63,663 bases of DNA, filler included, from Salisapilia sapeloensis CBS 127946 (GCA_023334545.1; 5 parts of 5 records of this genome joined end to end with filler, not necessarily neighbours in it); one strand, 5' to 3'; positions 11,501-24,000 are shown, counted from the first letter of the whole stretch. Program-made: numbers and translations. The notes: a model not told the origin generated them from the sequence alone.

Positions 11501-12067
11501 TTGTTGAAGTGTTTGCATATAACGAAGCTTGACAGTCGCATCATTAAGTGCTAGATGAGGCGAATTAATGTACCACTGACCAAAAGACTTGCCTGCACCT
11601 TTGGTAAAGTGTAGATTGCTGCCATCGGATGACGATGGTCCGAGATACGCTAGATTCTTACTCTCTCGTGTCCACGCAGTAGGTTCCGGCGTATCATTCG
11701 ACGTCAACCGCTGATCCATGGACTGACACAGCGCTTTATATGCTCGAATTTGCTTATGCAGATCTTGCAGTTGCGTTGCGGAAAACAAGAGCGAGGCCAT
11801 TGGATTCTGTTGCAGTTGCGTCGCCGCATCTGTCGGTGCGCGGGAGGCATTCGTCGCATTCGAAGAGTTCGCAACAGGCTGTTGTGCTTGTTTCCGTTGC
11901 TGTTGCTGTCGCTGGTACTCGCGCAAAAGTAGCATGAGCTGCGCGTACTTTGGTTGGTGCGTCTGCTGATTGTTCTTCAGCTCAAGTGCCATGGACATGA
12001 GTTTCCGAGCCTCTTGGACAGTCATTCGTGCCACCCGTGCTTGGATCTCTTCCTTGGATAACGTCAT
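8531..12067 (-). CDS. SNF2: SWI/SNF chromatin-remodelling ATPase (SNF2/BRM/Sth1 type) with QLQ, HSA, helicase and bromodomain
   Basis: QLQDLHKQIRAYK (QLQ), NGILADEMGLGKTIQ, DEGH, LLTGTPLQN, QAQDRAHRIGQ, bromodomain YPDYYRII..PMDL..I..YN. Intronless 1178 aa. Confidence 0.95.
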   Translation of the reverse strand: MTLSKEEIQARVARMTVQEARKLMSMALELKNNQQTHQPKYAQLMLLLREYQRQQQQRKQAQQPVANSSNATNASRAPTDAATQLQQNPMASLLFSATQLQDLHKQIRAYKALCQSMDQRLTSNDTPEPTAWTRESKNLAYLGPSSSDGSNLHFTKGAGKSFGQWYINSPHLALNDATVKLRYMQTLQQFLTSSLSALESRESELSTDELETLRDLRCALLQQRLRSQLSKVQTRRLTMLGEPLSVDRRHFRRHRPQTRTELQEQERQATQSVITKQKQQRAERQMYLKAVMNHARDFFIFQKNAKALVSRSARSAKTHVEQKLQRIEREEDKQEKLRLKALKMNDMEAYSQLVAEAKNERLTFLLSQTNEYLDRIRALVSEHKRKHHVVDADTFSNAQEVEDDLNLLSVAAEGELPRQPRMLVGGDLKEYQLRGLQWMVSLYDNHLNGILADEMGLGKTIQTIALLTYVAEVKHNHGPFLVVVPLSTLSNWSNEFAKWAPDLVLVTYKGPPHVRKELQKSEMASTQFNVLLTTYEYIMKDKHVLRKFDWQYIVVDEGHRMKNAQSKFATTLGSVYRSRNRLLLTGTPLQNSLPELWSLLNFLLPTIFESVDSFEQWFSQPFAQFGGSGESDALSDEERMLIINRLHQVLRPFLLRRLKTSVLNQLPDKVEKVLKCELSGWQKILYRRIQKDGALLLDSTDESGKTKTKYTSRGLSNVLMQLRKVCNHPYLFMEQGYLLNFDMVRSSGKFELLDRMLPKLQRAGHRVLLFSQMTQLMHVLEDYFRYRGFRHLRLDGSTSADEREQRMFQFNAPDSPYFIFLLSTRAGGLGLNLATADTVIIFDSDWNPAMDAQAQDRAHRIGQKNEVRVFRLVSNSPVEEKILARATDKMTMNNLVVEAGKFNNKSKEEERRAMLESLLKNDEEEKEEDTDKVQVDEEINHMMALTDEELALYQRMDDERGEEPRLMTELDAPEWLREANARMQERTDSSVLDITQEAKGRVKKPVSYKEQSEADFLRMCEGEEVGKKRKSEDKREKMLNYFYRKIYDGIVKLQDEDGRARCELYMEKPSAQLYPDYYRIIQDPMDLLTIKSRVDRHKYSSHEAFEQDIALMVENAQTYNHPDSLVYVDSQVIWTFVQEKMMQVKSKSEEELMNEYEVARQEHKKRAKARRERKRARR

Positions 12068-12257
12068 GACCGACGAAAAAATGCGCGAGAGGAAACAAAA
12101 TCCGACTTGTGTCTTTCGTTACTTTTTGACTTGTGCGGACGCGTTCAAAGTCAACGCTTTGTAGTATACTTTAATCAAGTGATTCTAAACCACAGGAAGA
12201 AACAAAAGAATATCACCCTGGAAGAAAAAGACTTGTAAGAAAGAGTTTTCTTTTGTT

Positions 12258-13758
12258 TTACGAGATCGTCGCGCGATCAAAGACTGCAAGTGGATTGCCC
12301 TTCGTCATCAATCGGAAGTACGCACGTTCCGAATCATCCATCGTATCTATTCGTAAGCGATATTGTGTTAGAGACGAAAAGGAAACGGCAACTTGTACGG
12401 AAATGTTGAAGAGAGCAAAGGATACCTGATACGAAGCGGACGTGATTGTAATACTCGAGGACCTTAGCCAATTCTTCCGATGAATACGGTCGAACGGTCT
12501 TGCGGACTTGACGGAAGTCAACTTGTTCCTTGAATGTCGGTCTTCGAGGGAAATTCTCCGTCGTCGCCGCGACAAAGAGACCGTTCGCGAGCTTACGATC
12601 GGTCTGGAAACCCTCTTCTTTGACATCCGATAGCGCATCAATGGGTGCAATCTCCTGTGGCTTGACATCTTTCCCTTCGTACCCAAAGATTGTATCGGCA
12701 AACCACGTATTGTAGTCGTCAACGGCAATAAGGACCTTGGTTTCCGTCAATTGTCCCAACTCTGTTCGGAGATCCACCACCGCCGTGGATGACAAGTCGT
12801 CGTCACGCATTCCACACTCGACCAAATCCTTGAGCGTAAGACCAGAGGTATCGAAAGATTCTTTCGGCTTAGCCTCATAAGTCGACGTAGGGTAGTATCG
12901 CGTGCCATAGTCATTCTTTAGAGGAATGGAAGCAAGTTGGTCTGCGTGGGCTTTGTGGAACGACGACAGGAGCTCAGCACCGACAACGTCAACGTCAAAT
13001 TTGCCAGGGAAAGTTTCCGAGCGAGTAACGAACGGAGCTTCGTAGCACCACGAACGAGGGTTCGGAACATACAGGACCAACCATCCGTCCTCACGAGCGT
13101 ACTGGACGATCTGCTGGAGCGCGACACTACAAGAATAAATAAGATATAATTCGAAAGAGAGTCAGGATCAGAAGTAGTGTACGTCTTGCCACTGCCGCGT
13201 TCGCCGTCGAGCACGAAGGCAGGGGTCATGCCCGAGTCACGCTGGTCCCAGTTCTGCATGACCGACAGGATGTCGAGGGTCGGATCGCGTAGCATCAAAT
13301 GACGTTGGCCCACAAGATCGAATGTATCTTCCAATCGGGTATTGATGCTGCATTTGATAAAGACATTGTAAGCACGAGTACGATTAGATTGCATAGTAAA
13401 AGTAGAGTCGTAGATACCCTTCAGGGAATAATTGTTGCTCGACCTCTTTTGCCAATGAAAAGAATTTCAACCGGTCGGAAGCAGCAGCCTATCGAATCCA
13501 CATAAGCATGTTGCACAAACCCTAGAAAGCAACACATTTGCATACTTCCTTCAATGACGTCTTGGCAATCAATTCGCTCGATTCGACTTCCTCTGCAGTC
13601 ATCTGGACCACGACATCCTCTTCATCAAGTGGTGCATCATCAACACCATTCTGACTATCTCCAGTTTTGGAGGAGAATGCATTGCAAAGGAAATTCGAAG
13701 TCACAGCCACATGCTGCCGTCTCGCCACGCAGGCAGCTAGGCTTCGTACTCGTAGCAT
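12258..13758 (-). CDS. DAP3: Mitochondrial small-subunit ribosomal protein mS29/DAP3; multi-exon
   Basis: Mitochondrial presequence-like MLRVRSLAACVARRQ, P-loop FVLDGERGSGKT, VLIAVDDYN. Exons spread over track ORFs 13522-13860, 12918-13394, 12334-13080 and 12258-12728. Confidence 0.8.
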
Positions 13759-13930
13759 TCCGTCCGTCGATCGTGTTGTATGGCGGCAAAAGGCTCTCCG
13801 AATATAGTGTGGTCCACCTATATTTCGGTTCTTCCCCCTCTTACTAGGATATGCCGCCATTCCTCACAAAGCACCAAATAATACAAGACCAAAGAAAAAG
13901 AAAAAGAAACCCCCTCCAAGTGCAAGAAAT

Positions 13931-15528
13931 TTAATTGCCATGCGCTGTCAATCCTTCTTCTACGCCTTCCAACAAGTGCTGTAGAAACTGTTCCGTCACG
14001 CGCGTATAGTTGATGACTTCCGATCGATCCATTTTATCCAACGGTGCTTCCGATAAACCAGTCAGATGCTCCGTATTCTTTTCCAAATTCTCTTGCAAGT
14101 ACTCGAACAAATTCTTTTCTTTCCCCGGAGGCAAGTAGTACCCAAACACGTACGTGTACTTGAGTACGCGACGACAGCGAATCAAGAGCTCCGTTGCTGC
14201 ATTGAGAAATTGAACGTCAATCCAACTCGAGTCACCATTCTTTGACTGTAACTCGACCATCCGGGCTTCCGTCCCTTCACGCATGCGCTGGGCAAATTTC
14301 CCAGCTTCGGCATGATTGGCAAAGCGTTGATAATAGTGCAGATACCTATCCAATTCCGCTTTTGCTCTTGCTGCATCAGAATTGCCTTCTACCGTCGGAT
14401 CATAGCGATTACACTTATAGTACCCGCCGGTACTTGATCCGTGCTTGTGCCAATCGGCCATACAGATCCAACAGAATTCATACGCGCACTTTCGACAGGT
14501 CATGTGGTTGCAGCCTTGATTCTTTTCGATACGTACATTGCACTTTGGACATTTCTTGGTATTCGCGAGAATCCAATTCGCCGTCTCGCTTTCGTTTCGA
14601 CACTTTTCTTGCCAAGAAGAAAGTTGGTCGCAAGACGACGGCGCGTGCGTTTCTTCACCGCATCGAGGACAAAAGATACAGCCGCATTGGCATTGGACTT
14701 GGGATAAACCACCGGCGTTTGTGACAGCGTGGTTGCAGCCTGGTGATGGACACCAGACAATGTTACGATTGATGTCGGCGAATGAACGCAAGACGAAGCG
14801 CATGAAGCGATTAAACGTATCGACATCTAAGAGACGCTGGAAGATATCGTCCGGTACGACCTGTCATTACGATTAGATAGAACACCAACTAGCTATAAAA
14901 TGCACATAAATACCTCGTTACATCCATGTGCAGGGCATCTCGTCGTGACACAAGTCGGTCCTTCCGCCACTTTCAGCGCCAAATACGGTTTCCAGCACTC
15001 AAAACAGAAAAAGTGGCCGCATCCCATCGCAAAAGCTTCTTCCGGAGCATACTCGTCGCAGCAAATGTTGCACATGACACGTCCGCTTTGTGGTACTTGT
15101 GGCGATATGTTCGCAAACGCTACACCAGCATCTTGACTTGCTTGAACAGGATCGGCGTAATAACCTTCAAACAGCTTTTCCTTGTTCCACTGGAAATGAC
15201 GGAGTAGGATCGATGCGACAGGTACAGAAACCTCCACGACTTGTGCAATATCTTCCACGAGCGCATTCATCTCCTGCTTCAATTCGTCTTCGTCAATAAC
15301 ACGGTAGTTCTGTGTCTCTTCATTCATGCTATGCGCAAGCACAGTACTACCGGACGCTAACCGTTTCTTCTTGGCGGCACCTGGCGGCGACAGGACCGAG
15401 TCGGCAGCACGTGCGGACGGGATATTAGAGCTATTATCAACCTCGTCGTCGTCGTCGTCATCAATGTCACTGTACCGGTACTCGTCATCCGAGTCAAGTA
15501 ATAGATCGTCGTCGTACTCTACGCTCAT
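13931..15528 (-). CDS. ARI1: Ariadne-type RBR E3 ubiquitin ligase; 2 exons
   Basis: Acidic N-terminus, RING1 CNICCDE...CGHFFCFECW, IBR WCPSPGC, RING2 CPKC...GCNHMTC, Ariadne domain ELDRYLHYYQRFANH. Confidence 0.92.
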
Positions 15529-16232
15529 TCTTCTCTCGCTCTTCTTCCGATCTGCTCGGGTGCAACGGAAGAAGAAAAAATGTGCGGAAAAGGAAATATA
15601 GACTTGTGTTTAGAAATGGAACTAGTACATGGGATACTCGAGTGCAGATAGAACACGAACGTACTTGTGTGATGTGAAAAAGATCAAGATAGGTGGCGCG
15701 TACAGAGCTAGGAGAAGACGATGGCAGCTTCCTCCGAGATAGAAATATAAAAGTGGCACTTTGGGAAGGATGCGTGTGAAATACCATATTTCCTTCGTAT
15801 TGGAGAATAAGTGTACAGCGATTGGATGGGATAAGAGTACTGGAGGACTGCATCATCGACCTTCTACCGGATATGACAAAAGATGACCTGAAAAGAAAAA
15901 TTGTGCAGAAAAGGATCATAAGTCGTTTGAACACGCGGGAAGAAGCATGAAGAGTGGGATACATGACAGAAAATCTCGATGGAGCGCTTTTTACTAGGGC
16001 TGTTAAGAAATGTAGTTTCATGTATACCTCTTAGTAGAAGCGAATTTTTGCACCGAAGAACGTGTGCGTTAATTTTAATAGAGAGATTTCACAACGCATT
16101 ATTTATCTTTACCTTCACAAAAACCTCTCATCAGAAATGTTTCTGGTTTGGTGTATAAGAAGCTAAAGGTAAAGTGCTGCAGAATCGGCCCGATATGAAG
16201 AAAGCGTTCTTTGTCTTCACATATAATCTACA

Positions 16233-16332
16233 NNNNNNNNNNNNNNNNNNNNNNNNNNNNNNNNNNNNNNNNNNNNTTAATTAATTAANNNNNNNNNNNN
16301 NNNNNNNNNNNNNNNNNNNNNNNNNNNNNNNN
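16233..16332. other. Assembly gap with artificial six-frame-stop linker
   Basis: 44 N + TTAATTAATTAA + 44 N, identical at all four gaps. Confidence 0.98.
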
Positions 16333-16605
16333 AGTGTTCTGTACTGCCGATGAAGATGTGGCTTTATTTTCTTGGTCTATCTCTATCTTCGTCTCTGATG
16401 TAATCAGGAGGAAACGATCTTGGAGAAGACTTCAAGTCACGCCTTTTGCTCGAAATGTGCAAATTTGTAAAAGCGCGCGAAAGACTCGGTGAGCTCTTCG
16501 CTTTACTTGCGTTATTGCGTTCTTCGCTATTATTTCGGAACATACACAGTACAATGACAGACAAAATAACTGGGCTATATCTCCGACTCACGCTGTAGTG
16601 CATCT

Positions 16606-16619
16606 CATTGAAATGACGA
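16606..16619. repeat. Left copy of 14-bp target-site duplication (CATTGAAATGACGA)
   Basis: Exact match to 25236-25249 and directly abuts the element's A-rich tail. Confidence 0.9.
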
Positions 16620-16632
16620 TTTTTTGTTGTTG

Positions 16633-16660
16633 CAAAGAGTATATTAGCAGCTACTCTTTG
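16633..16660 (-). other. 3'-UTR stem-loop of the retrotransposon
   Basis: CAAAGAGTA-(10-nt loop)-TACTCTTTG, a perfect 9-bp stem between the ORF2 stop (16667) and the tail. Confidence 0.75.
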
Positions 16661-16666
16661 AGACCG

Positions 16667-19600
16667 CTAAGAGTCCTGTCGTCTAAAAACGGTCTGAGGT
16701 TGTTGACTCGCGATGGATTCGGGCGGTGGATCGGGTGGGACAACTACAAATGGCGGTTGTCGGATAGTCCAGGTGACGTCTCGATAACAGGCCGCCGCAT
16801 ACGGATCCTGTCCGTTCCAGCGAGGACTACGTCCGGTTGCGTCTAACTGTGAAAGTGTCTTGTTCCAGATCGCCTTAATGGCACGGGAGCTGCTCCAGTC
16901 GTTCGTGGTGTACACTGCCTCATTCCATCTCACTAAACAGTGCGCTGCGATAATTGTGGTTCCCGCCTGCCAGACTGCTTTAAGCGTCTGATAGTGTTGG
17001 TCTGTTAGCACGCCAGCACAGTAGCGTACGGTGTCCAGTAACTTTTGAGGTTTCGATGGTAGTTGGTGCCGGCCTATAATGGACAGAGGAGGGTCTTGAG
17101 CTAATGCGTCTGCCGGTTTGATGCCCCAGATCTGCAGTCAGTGTTGCCAGATCGCCGAGGTGACGGGGCAAATCCGGAGCAAGTGGTCTAGGGATTTATA
17201 GCTGCGTGAGCAGCTACCATAACGACACAATGTGGGCTGGGCTTCGTCTTGCTCATACATATGTGGACAGTTGACAGCGAGACGGAACCAGAACCAGTTC
17301 TGAAAACTGGTGACTCCTTTGGGCGGTTGCCACATCATAGACGGTTCCTGGGTTCTTAGGGAGGTGAGAAGCGGGGACTTCCAACTGCTCGCTTGATGGC
17401 GTCGATTCCGATTCTCTAGCTGGGTTCTTATCCGGCGTGTTAGAAAGAACTCCAGATCCCTGGCGTAGGGGTCTTTTGTTCGTCTTCGCCGTCTTGCTAC
17501 GAGAGGAAAAGTGGGAGCGGAGTGCAGTTCGGAATCTAGCATAGTCGTACAGGTGTGTGTCTGGTCTTTCCCAGACATCCTCCACTTGCCAAGTCATGAT
17601 TGCCACGTGAGGCTAATGCTGCCTGACTCTAGCTTACCCATGACTAAGCGGCCCGTCAGAGTACCGTCTTCAGCCTGGCTCCAGCGAAGAGTTGCCCATT
17701 CCTTAGGCGATGTCGTCCAGAGCTCCTCCGTTGTCCACGAAGTCACGCTGTCGGGGTGCGTACCGTACGTCCGCGGAAGTTAGCTGATCAGGAGGCTTGC
17801 CCAGCGCCCTATCCTTAATGCACTGATACGGCTCGGTGGTTCCTGATGCGGAACGTTTATCTTAAAAGTCGTGTTGTTGACGCGGCAAATGCAGAGCTCC
17901 GCGAGAGTACACGGCTGGAGGACCGGAGAATCGCGTGTCCGCAGTCTTTGTCCATGTGTCGTTAGGAGGAGAGGGTTGTCGTGCCAGGTGAAGCGGTGAC
18001 AGTTGCGTCTCAGAGCAGGCCTATGGGCGGGCTGTTGCCACGCGGTGAGCCATTGATATGTTAATGAGACGCCGTCGTAGTCTATGACTTCTGCCTTGGG
18101 CGGGCCCCATCGTTTATTGAGGTGCTTCACTGGCCAATGATCTTGGGCGCAGAGCCGAGTATATGACATTTGACCGACTAGAGCGACGCCCATGGCGTGT
18201 GCCAGCCCCGGTTGGATCAAGCGGTTGATGGGGATATCCATCGTCGAGCGCGGTTAGACCAGAAGCGGGTGAGCAGTGGTGGGTGACAGGATGCCACATA
18301 GCTCGAGCCAACAGCGTTTGTAGATATCATCCGGTTGAGCGATCCAGCTGAGAGCGTCGTGGGCAGCTTAAGCTTGGATGGCTACTGCGATTGATCGAAG
18401 CCCTGCTTCTCCAGCCCACCTGGGTGAGAATAGCACAGCAAGGGGATCTAATGCCTACCTGGGGTGGTATCTGTTCGCAGCTCCCACAGCAAATTCTTTT
18501 GAGGTTGCAGAGTTGTCCGGTGTGAGCCTTGGATGGTCGCTCCCATTTCGCCATGTAGAGGAGGCTGGGGATAGAGATACTATTCAGGATGGCTATCCTG
18601 CCTGGGATGCTATTTGTGACCCTGCCAGCACAGTTCAGCCGTTTACGAAGGCGCTCGACACGAGTGGACCAGTTGGTCTCAGCCGTCCCACCTACGCCCA
18701 CTTGGATCTTCAGATAGCGGGCGGTTTGCGATGCTTGGAGTCGTGGAATGCCTTTGTATTCGGTGCCTGCGGCTGCCTTATTGAAAGGTATGTACACAGT
18801 TTAGACGGCTGGACTTGCAGACCGGCCAGCTTGGCAAACTTTGCCAGATCACGTCCGTGCTCGAGGGAGATAGCGGTGTCATCCACAACGGAGGGGACCG
18901 TGTGGCGTTCCTGGCATTTTTGCGTGACGTATATCCCTTTACTGGAATGGTCGTTCGAGATCGCTTGACCGAGCATCTCTACCACAAGGAGGAAGAGCAG
19001 GGGGACTAAGGGAAAGCCCTGCTTTATTCCGGACGTGATTGGGATGGAGGTGGACAGGCAGCGATTGACCTTAAAGACTGCTGACGTATTATGATGCATG
19101 GCGTGGACGACGTCTCGAAAAGCTTCGGGCAGTCCGACATGCTGCATTGCCGATGCGAGGAAGGGGCGATTGACGGAATCGTATGCCTTCCTAAAGTCGA
19201 GAAGTGTCACACTCGCGCTATCATATAAGCTCTTGGAGGCGTCCGCTTCCGCCATCTGAATGACCTTCTGCATGAGAATAAGCGACCGGCCTGTTTTCCT
19301 ACTCCGCACAAATCCTTGCTGTCTCGGATGGACTATGGTGTCAAGAACATTCTGTAGGCGCTCCGCATAGATCGTTGCGTAAATCTTGTAAACAGATTGG
19401 AGGAGCGATATGGGGCGATAGTCCATTGCATTCGAAGAGTCACCATCTTTCCGCAAGGTTAAGATCATGGCCTCCTGGAGACTTGCTGGAAGCTGTTTGG
19501 TCTGTGTCCAGTGCCAAAAGTAGGCAAGGAGCACAGGTCCTAATGGCTCTGCAAAATCTTTGTAAAAGTCGTTCGGCAGTCCATCAGTACCGGCAGCTTT

Positions 19601-21010
19601 ATGACTAGACAACCGCCGAACGACAGCGTGGACTTCCGGGAGCTCGATGGCTATGGTGAGCGCAGCCGTTGCTGATGGAGGGAGAGTCCGGGCTGGGGTT
19701 TCGAGCCAATGTTCTAGTTCGTATTGCAGTTTTGCCTGGCTGAGACGATATGGTTGGTGGTTGAGGATTGGTGTCCAGGCTTCGGCCATGAGATTCGCGA
19801 TGGCGGCACTTTTCGTCGCAACCTTGAATACAGACTGTAGGGTCGAGACACGTTGATTACTTGCCCATGCCGAGATCCGTTGATCGAAATGGTGGATATC
19901 CCGTGAGAATTGGGTCAGATAATCGCCGAAGCGCGCCTGCGCTATAGCTCGTCGAGGGCGGTCTTGACTTTGAACGTGCTTCTTCCAAGTTTGGGCCTTG
20001 GTGTGGAAAAGAGCTCGCCGTTTCTGTTGTTTTCGTCTCCGTTATTTTGCTGCACAGGCCTCCTGGCGTAATATCCGGTGGAGTTTTTCCTCTGTGCTCC
20101 CAATCAGGTAGTTGGTTAGCATGTAGAGTAATGCTTGCCCACTCCTCCAGCTGGGCGGTGAGACGACTGTGCGTAGTGGTTGCATTGGGGCTACGGATCG
20201 GATAGAGCACCGTTGTGGTCCGTCCTGCCGTTGTTGAAATTCCGGCTCAGCTATTTGGAGCAGTACCATCGCATGATCTGTTGGTACTCGTGGGGCTGCC
20301 GTATGGAGGCTCTGTACCTCCCAGTGAGGTGGAAGGCGGCAGTAAAAGCGATCCAAACGTCTGGCACTGGCTCAATGCCAATAGGTGTAGCGGTGGACCG
20401 GATCGTTGTGGTCTTGAAAGCCGTTGTCTGGGACTGACTGAAGGGCATCTGCGAACTCGTGATGCTGAAGCCGGTGATCCAGGAAGGGACTTTCGGAGGG
20501 ACCGTGAATGATGTAACCATGTTTTTGGCGATCCATGGCTGGGTTGAAAACCCAATTGAAGTCACCTTCCCTTAGTCAAGGAACCGCGCGTGCGAGAAGC
20601 GCTGTGAGCGCAGAGGTGGTTCTGTCGTTGCCCCTGTTGCGGAGCATACACATTCACGATGAGGAATGAATATTGCCTGATGGCGAGGACATGGCCTGGA
20701 ATGGTGAGCGACGTCTCCAGGTGCGCTGGTGAACCCAGGAGAGGCGAGAGCAAGATGCCTGCCCCTGGTATTTGGAGAAGAACGATGCCGGGCATCTGGG
20801 TGCTGGGCGTATCCTTCCATGCTTGCACCCATCGAGCTCGGGAGTTCTGGGTGAAGTCCCGGACGTTTTGGGCGGGTAAGTTTGAGGCGAGTTTTGCTGT
20901 GTTTAATGGGTGTGGGAATCGTCGTGTCGGGGTCGTAGAAATCTTTGTTGAGGGCAAGGTACTGAGCGAAGAGGCCCTCGGGTTCCCCGCTCGTGGTCGT
21001 GGAAGAGACT
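16667..21010 (-). pseudogene. LINE ORF2 (APE endonuclease + reverse transcriptase + C-terminal zinc motif), disrupted
   Basis: EN: NVYAP, GDFN (~20560), YTYWH*ASARRLDRFY, PTDH. RT 18710-19789: KAAGTDGLP, YRPISLL, LLDFRKAYDSV, GIKQGFPLVPLLF, VVDD. C-terminal DHLLRICP. The 5' boundary is approximate. Confidence 0.9.
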
Positions 21011-21016
21011 ATTAAT

Positions 21017-24000
21017 CTAGAAGGCGGACTGATCATCCTGAGGCTGTGCCCCAAGTTGGCCCCACATCCAGGCATCTAGACTGCTCCAGGAGTAGCTGAG
21101 TTCTGGATGTTGTAGCGCGGTGTGAAGCTCCTGCACATTGGCCCCGAGACGATGGCACTTTACCAACGCATCCCATGGGGAATGTGCATAATGCAGGCCG
21201 CTGTCGTAAAGTCTGTTGAGATCCGCTTCGTAGACAGTCAAGGTGAGCAAACAGAAAGCTAGATTTTCTGGCTCCTGGCGACCACATCACTTCACAATGT
21301 CGCTATTAGGGAAGTGCTGGGCAGAGTCTAGCGGACAGACACTGCGGAGAATCCCAAATGGTTCGGGTTGAGGTTTTGTCTCATCGATATACACTGCCAT
21401 TTTTCCATGTGTTGCTTCAGGTCCGACGACACGAAATCCGCCTCACGTTGCGTGAGTAGATCGGCGAGGAGATATTGTCGCAGCTTATGACTGCTGTGGG
21501 CCTGTTGAACTTTGTTCAGCCGATTCAGGATGATGGCTGGTTGCGGAAACGCCTTTAGTAGTTGGAGGTGCGGACTTGCCTCTTGTAGGGCGAATACTAG
21601 ACTGTCCGGTGGGGCTGCCACGAGCGGAAAAGTGACGCCGCTCCCGGGGGCCCAGAGCGTCTGATGGGAGTCTCAGAACTGAACCAGAGCTTCCCAGGAG
21701 GCTGTGCCTTGTATGTGTGGGTCGTTGCCTTCAACCAGTCCTCGACGCCAGTCGGTTGGATATTGGAGAAGTGTACCGGAAGTGTCCGGCGGGGTTGGCG
21801 ATGCTGGCGGAGTAAAGTTACTTTCTGTTTCGCCAGTCATAGCATCATCGTGAGACGAGACGGTGGGCGTGAAGCGACTGGTGGCTGTTAGAAGGTGTTG
21901 ACAAGCGATGAGTAGGTCTTTATCGAGATTAAGTTGATAGACCAGCGCGGCTGCAGCTTGAGAATCGGTGAGGTTGGTGCCCCAAATGAGCTCCGTTTTT
22001 TCCATGGAGACTCGGTTGAGAGTCTACTCCGTGGGTAGTTTCGCTGTCTCCCTGTCCACATAAACGTCTTGGTCATTAGTGTTGGTAGCGTTGTGATCGT
22101 CGTCAGAGTCGTCATCGTACCCCCTATGGTCTTCATAAGAGTCTTCCGAGGAAGCGTCCGCTAGAACGGAGGGTATCACCGCCGGTGGGCCGAAGCGCAT
22201 CTAGATCATGCCAGTAAAGTTACCGGTATCGAAGACGAGTACGAGAGGAGAAGCCTGCTTGCTCGTTTGACTGAGAGCATATTCGATTTCCAAGAGCGTG
22301 GGCAATTTAGTGAGAGGAAGGATTTTCTCTTTGTCGAAGCGGAAGAAGTGCCCGTCGATGGCGACCATACTGGGGAGCATCTCTTCGCAAGTTAAAGCTT
22401 TATCCGTGGAGGCATTCAACAGGAAGATCGGACGATTGAGCAGCTTAGCCGCCATCAGCAGGAAATCATTATTACCCCAAAAGTGTTCTGGAAGGGTCGC
22501 GTGGAGCTGGATCGTAGAGCGTTCGAAGTCCGCGACGTAGGTGCTAAACGCTTGCAGGGAGTATTCCGGTGTGGGCATGTCCGCCTCATATCCTTGGCTG
22601 GTGAGGAAGGCTTTCCGTATCCCATGGGGGAATTTTAGAGTTTGGTTGCGGTGGATGCTTGCTGCTATCCCACTTTTTAGATCGTGTAGACGGCGTTCTA
22701 GATGGGGTTTATCTTTTTTGTCAAAGTACTTCAGCGGTTGAGGAACTGGATGAACGCTGTGTACTGGCAATTCCCATTCCGAGGGGTATCGACCAGAAAG
22801 AGACCGACCGCCTGAAGGACTTCGCGGAGTGAGCTATCGGCGGTCACAGTCTCTTGCGCATTGATCGGGCCTTGAGGAGAGTAACCCGTCGAGATCCAAG
22901 GGTCCTCCTCTTCGGTAAGAGAACGGTATAGGCGATCGGCTTTATCGCTAGCCTGTAGTTCGCGGGCTTTTCGGTCAGGGTCGAGGGGAGGAGATGGGGT
23001 GTCGGGCCTACAGATGGCATTGAGGCCTTAGCCTGCGGTGTGGGAGTGGTAGCGGTGAATCCATTTGTGGGCTTCGCGTCGGGTTGCACCTTCATTTGAA
23101 GCACTTTAGCATGAGCCTTCTGGGTTTTCTGGGGTTTACCCGCCGTCTTTCATTCTGTTGCCCCTTGGCGAGGAGTTGTTACTAACTGGGTTGGAGGTGG
23201 GGGCGATGGTGGCGACTGGAAATAGAGTCGGCTGATCCTGGAGACGAGCTGGAGGTGGTGTCGGAGCTTGGTGATGCGGCAGCAGATCCCACCGCGGCTG
23301 GGTTGGGCCCATCCGGTGTGGGCTTGTTCGCTGGGAGTGCAGCCAGGGCGGCTGCGAACGAATGAAGGTTTGGTCGTAGGAATTGACGTCTTGAAGATGA
23401 GCGGCCTTGACGGTCATGGTAAGCTCGTCATCTGCCGGAATAGTCTCGTAGTGGCATTGCTTCACCACCTATTCCGGATCGCCGCAAACGAGACAAAGAC
23501 CGCAATGATTGCTGCGGATGTGGTGGACGAAAAGGACTATGCTGAGGAAGTTGATGCGCCAGATGTCGTTCAGAAAGCTAGGGCACACGGCTGATCGAAA
23601 CAGCACGTCCCATTGCATGAATGTCGAATCCTTGCGATCTAAAAGGTCAAGGGGAATGGCATTGAAGAGCTGCCCGTCTTCCTTGCGCCGGAACGGGTTG
23701 AGAAGTTGCGTGACATCCATGAATCTGTCCACATTCATCAACTGTATGTGATAGACCTGCGGATTGTAGAGATTGGCCTGACCGTCGCTTCCCTTCTGTC
23801 GCTTCCAGACCTCAGCCGCGGGTTGATAAGCCTCGCTAGGGTCGTGGAGGTTCTTGAGATACAGCTGGTGGTGCCAAAACAGTGTCTAGAACCCTGCCCA
23901 TTTGACCGCCTCTTGCCGCGTTGGGAAGATGAAGTGCAGTTGGTGAGCAGCTCAGTTGTACGTGATGAACTTCACCATGTTCATCGGCTCACCGAGCTCT

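Noticed and set aside
15494-16021. 175-aa - strand ORF upstream of Ariadne
   Set aside because: Low-complexity, pyrimidine-rich promoter/UTR-like sequence with no protein motif.
16277-16288. Perfect palindrome TTAATTAATTAA at four places
   Set aside because: Always centred in 44N+44N. It is an artificial six-frame-stop scaffolding linker, not biology.
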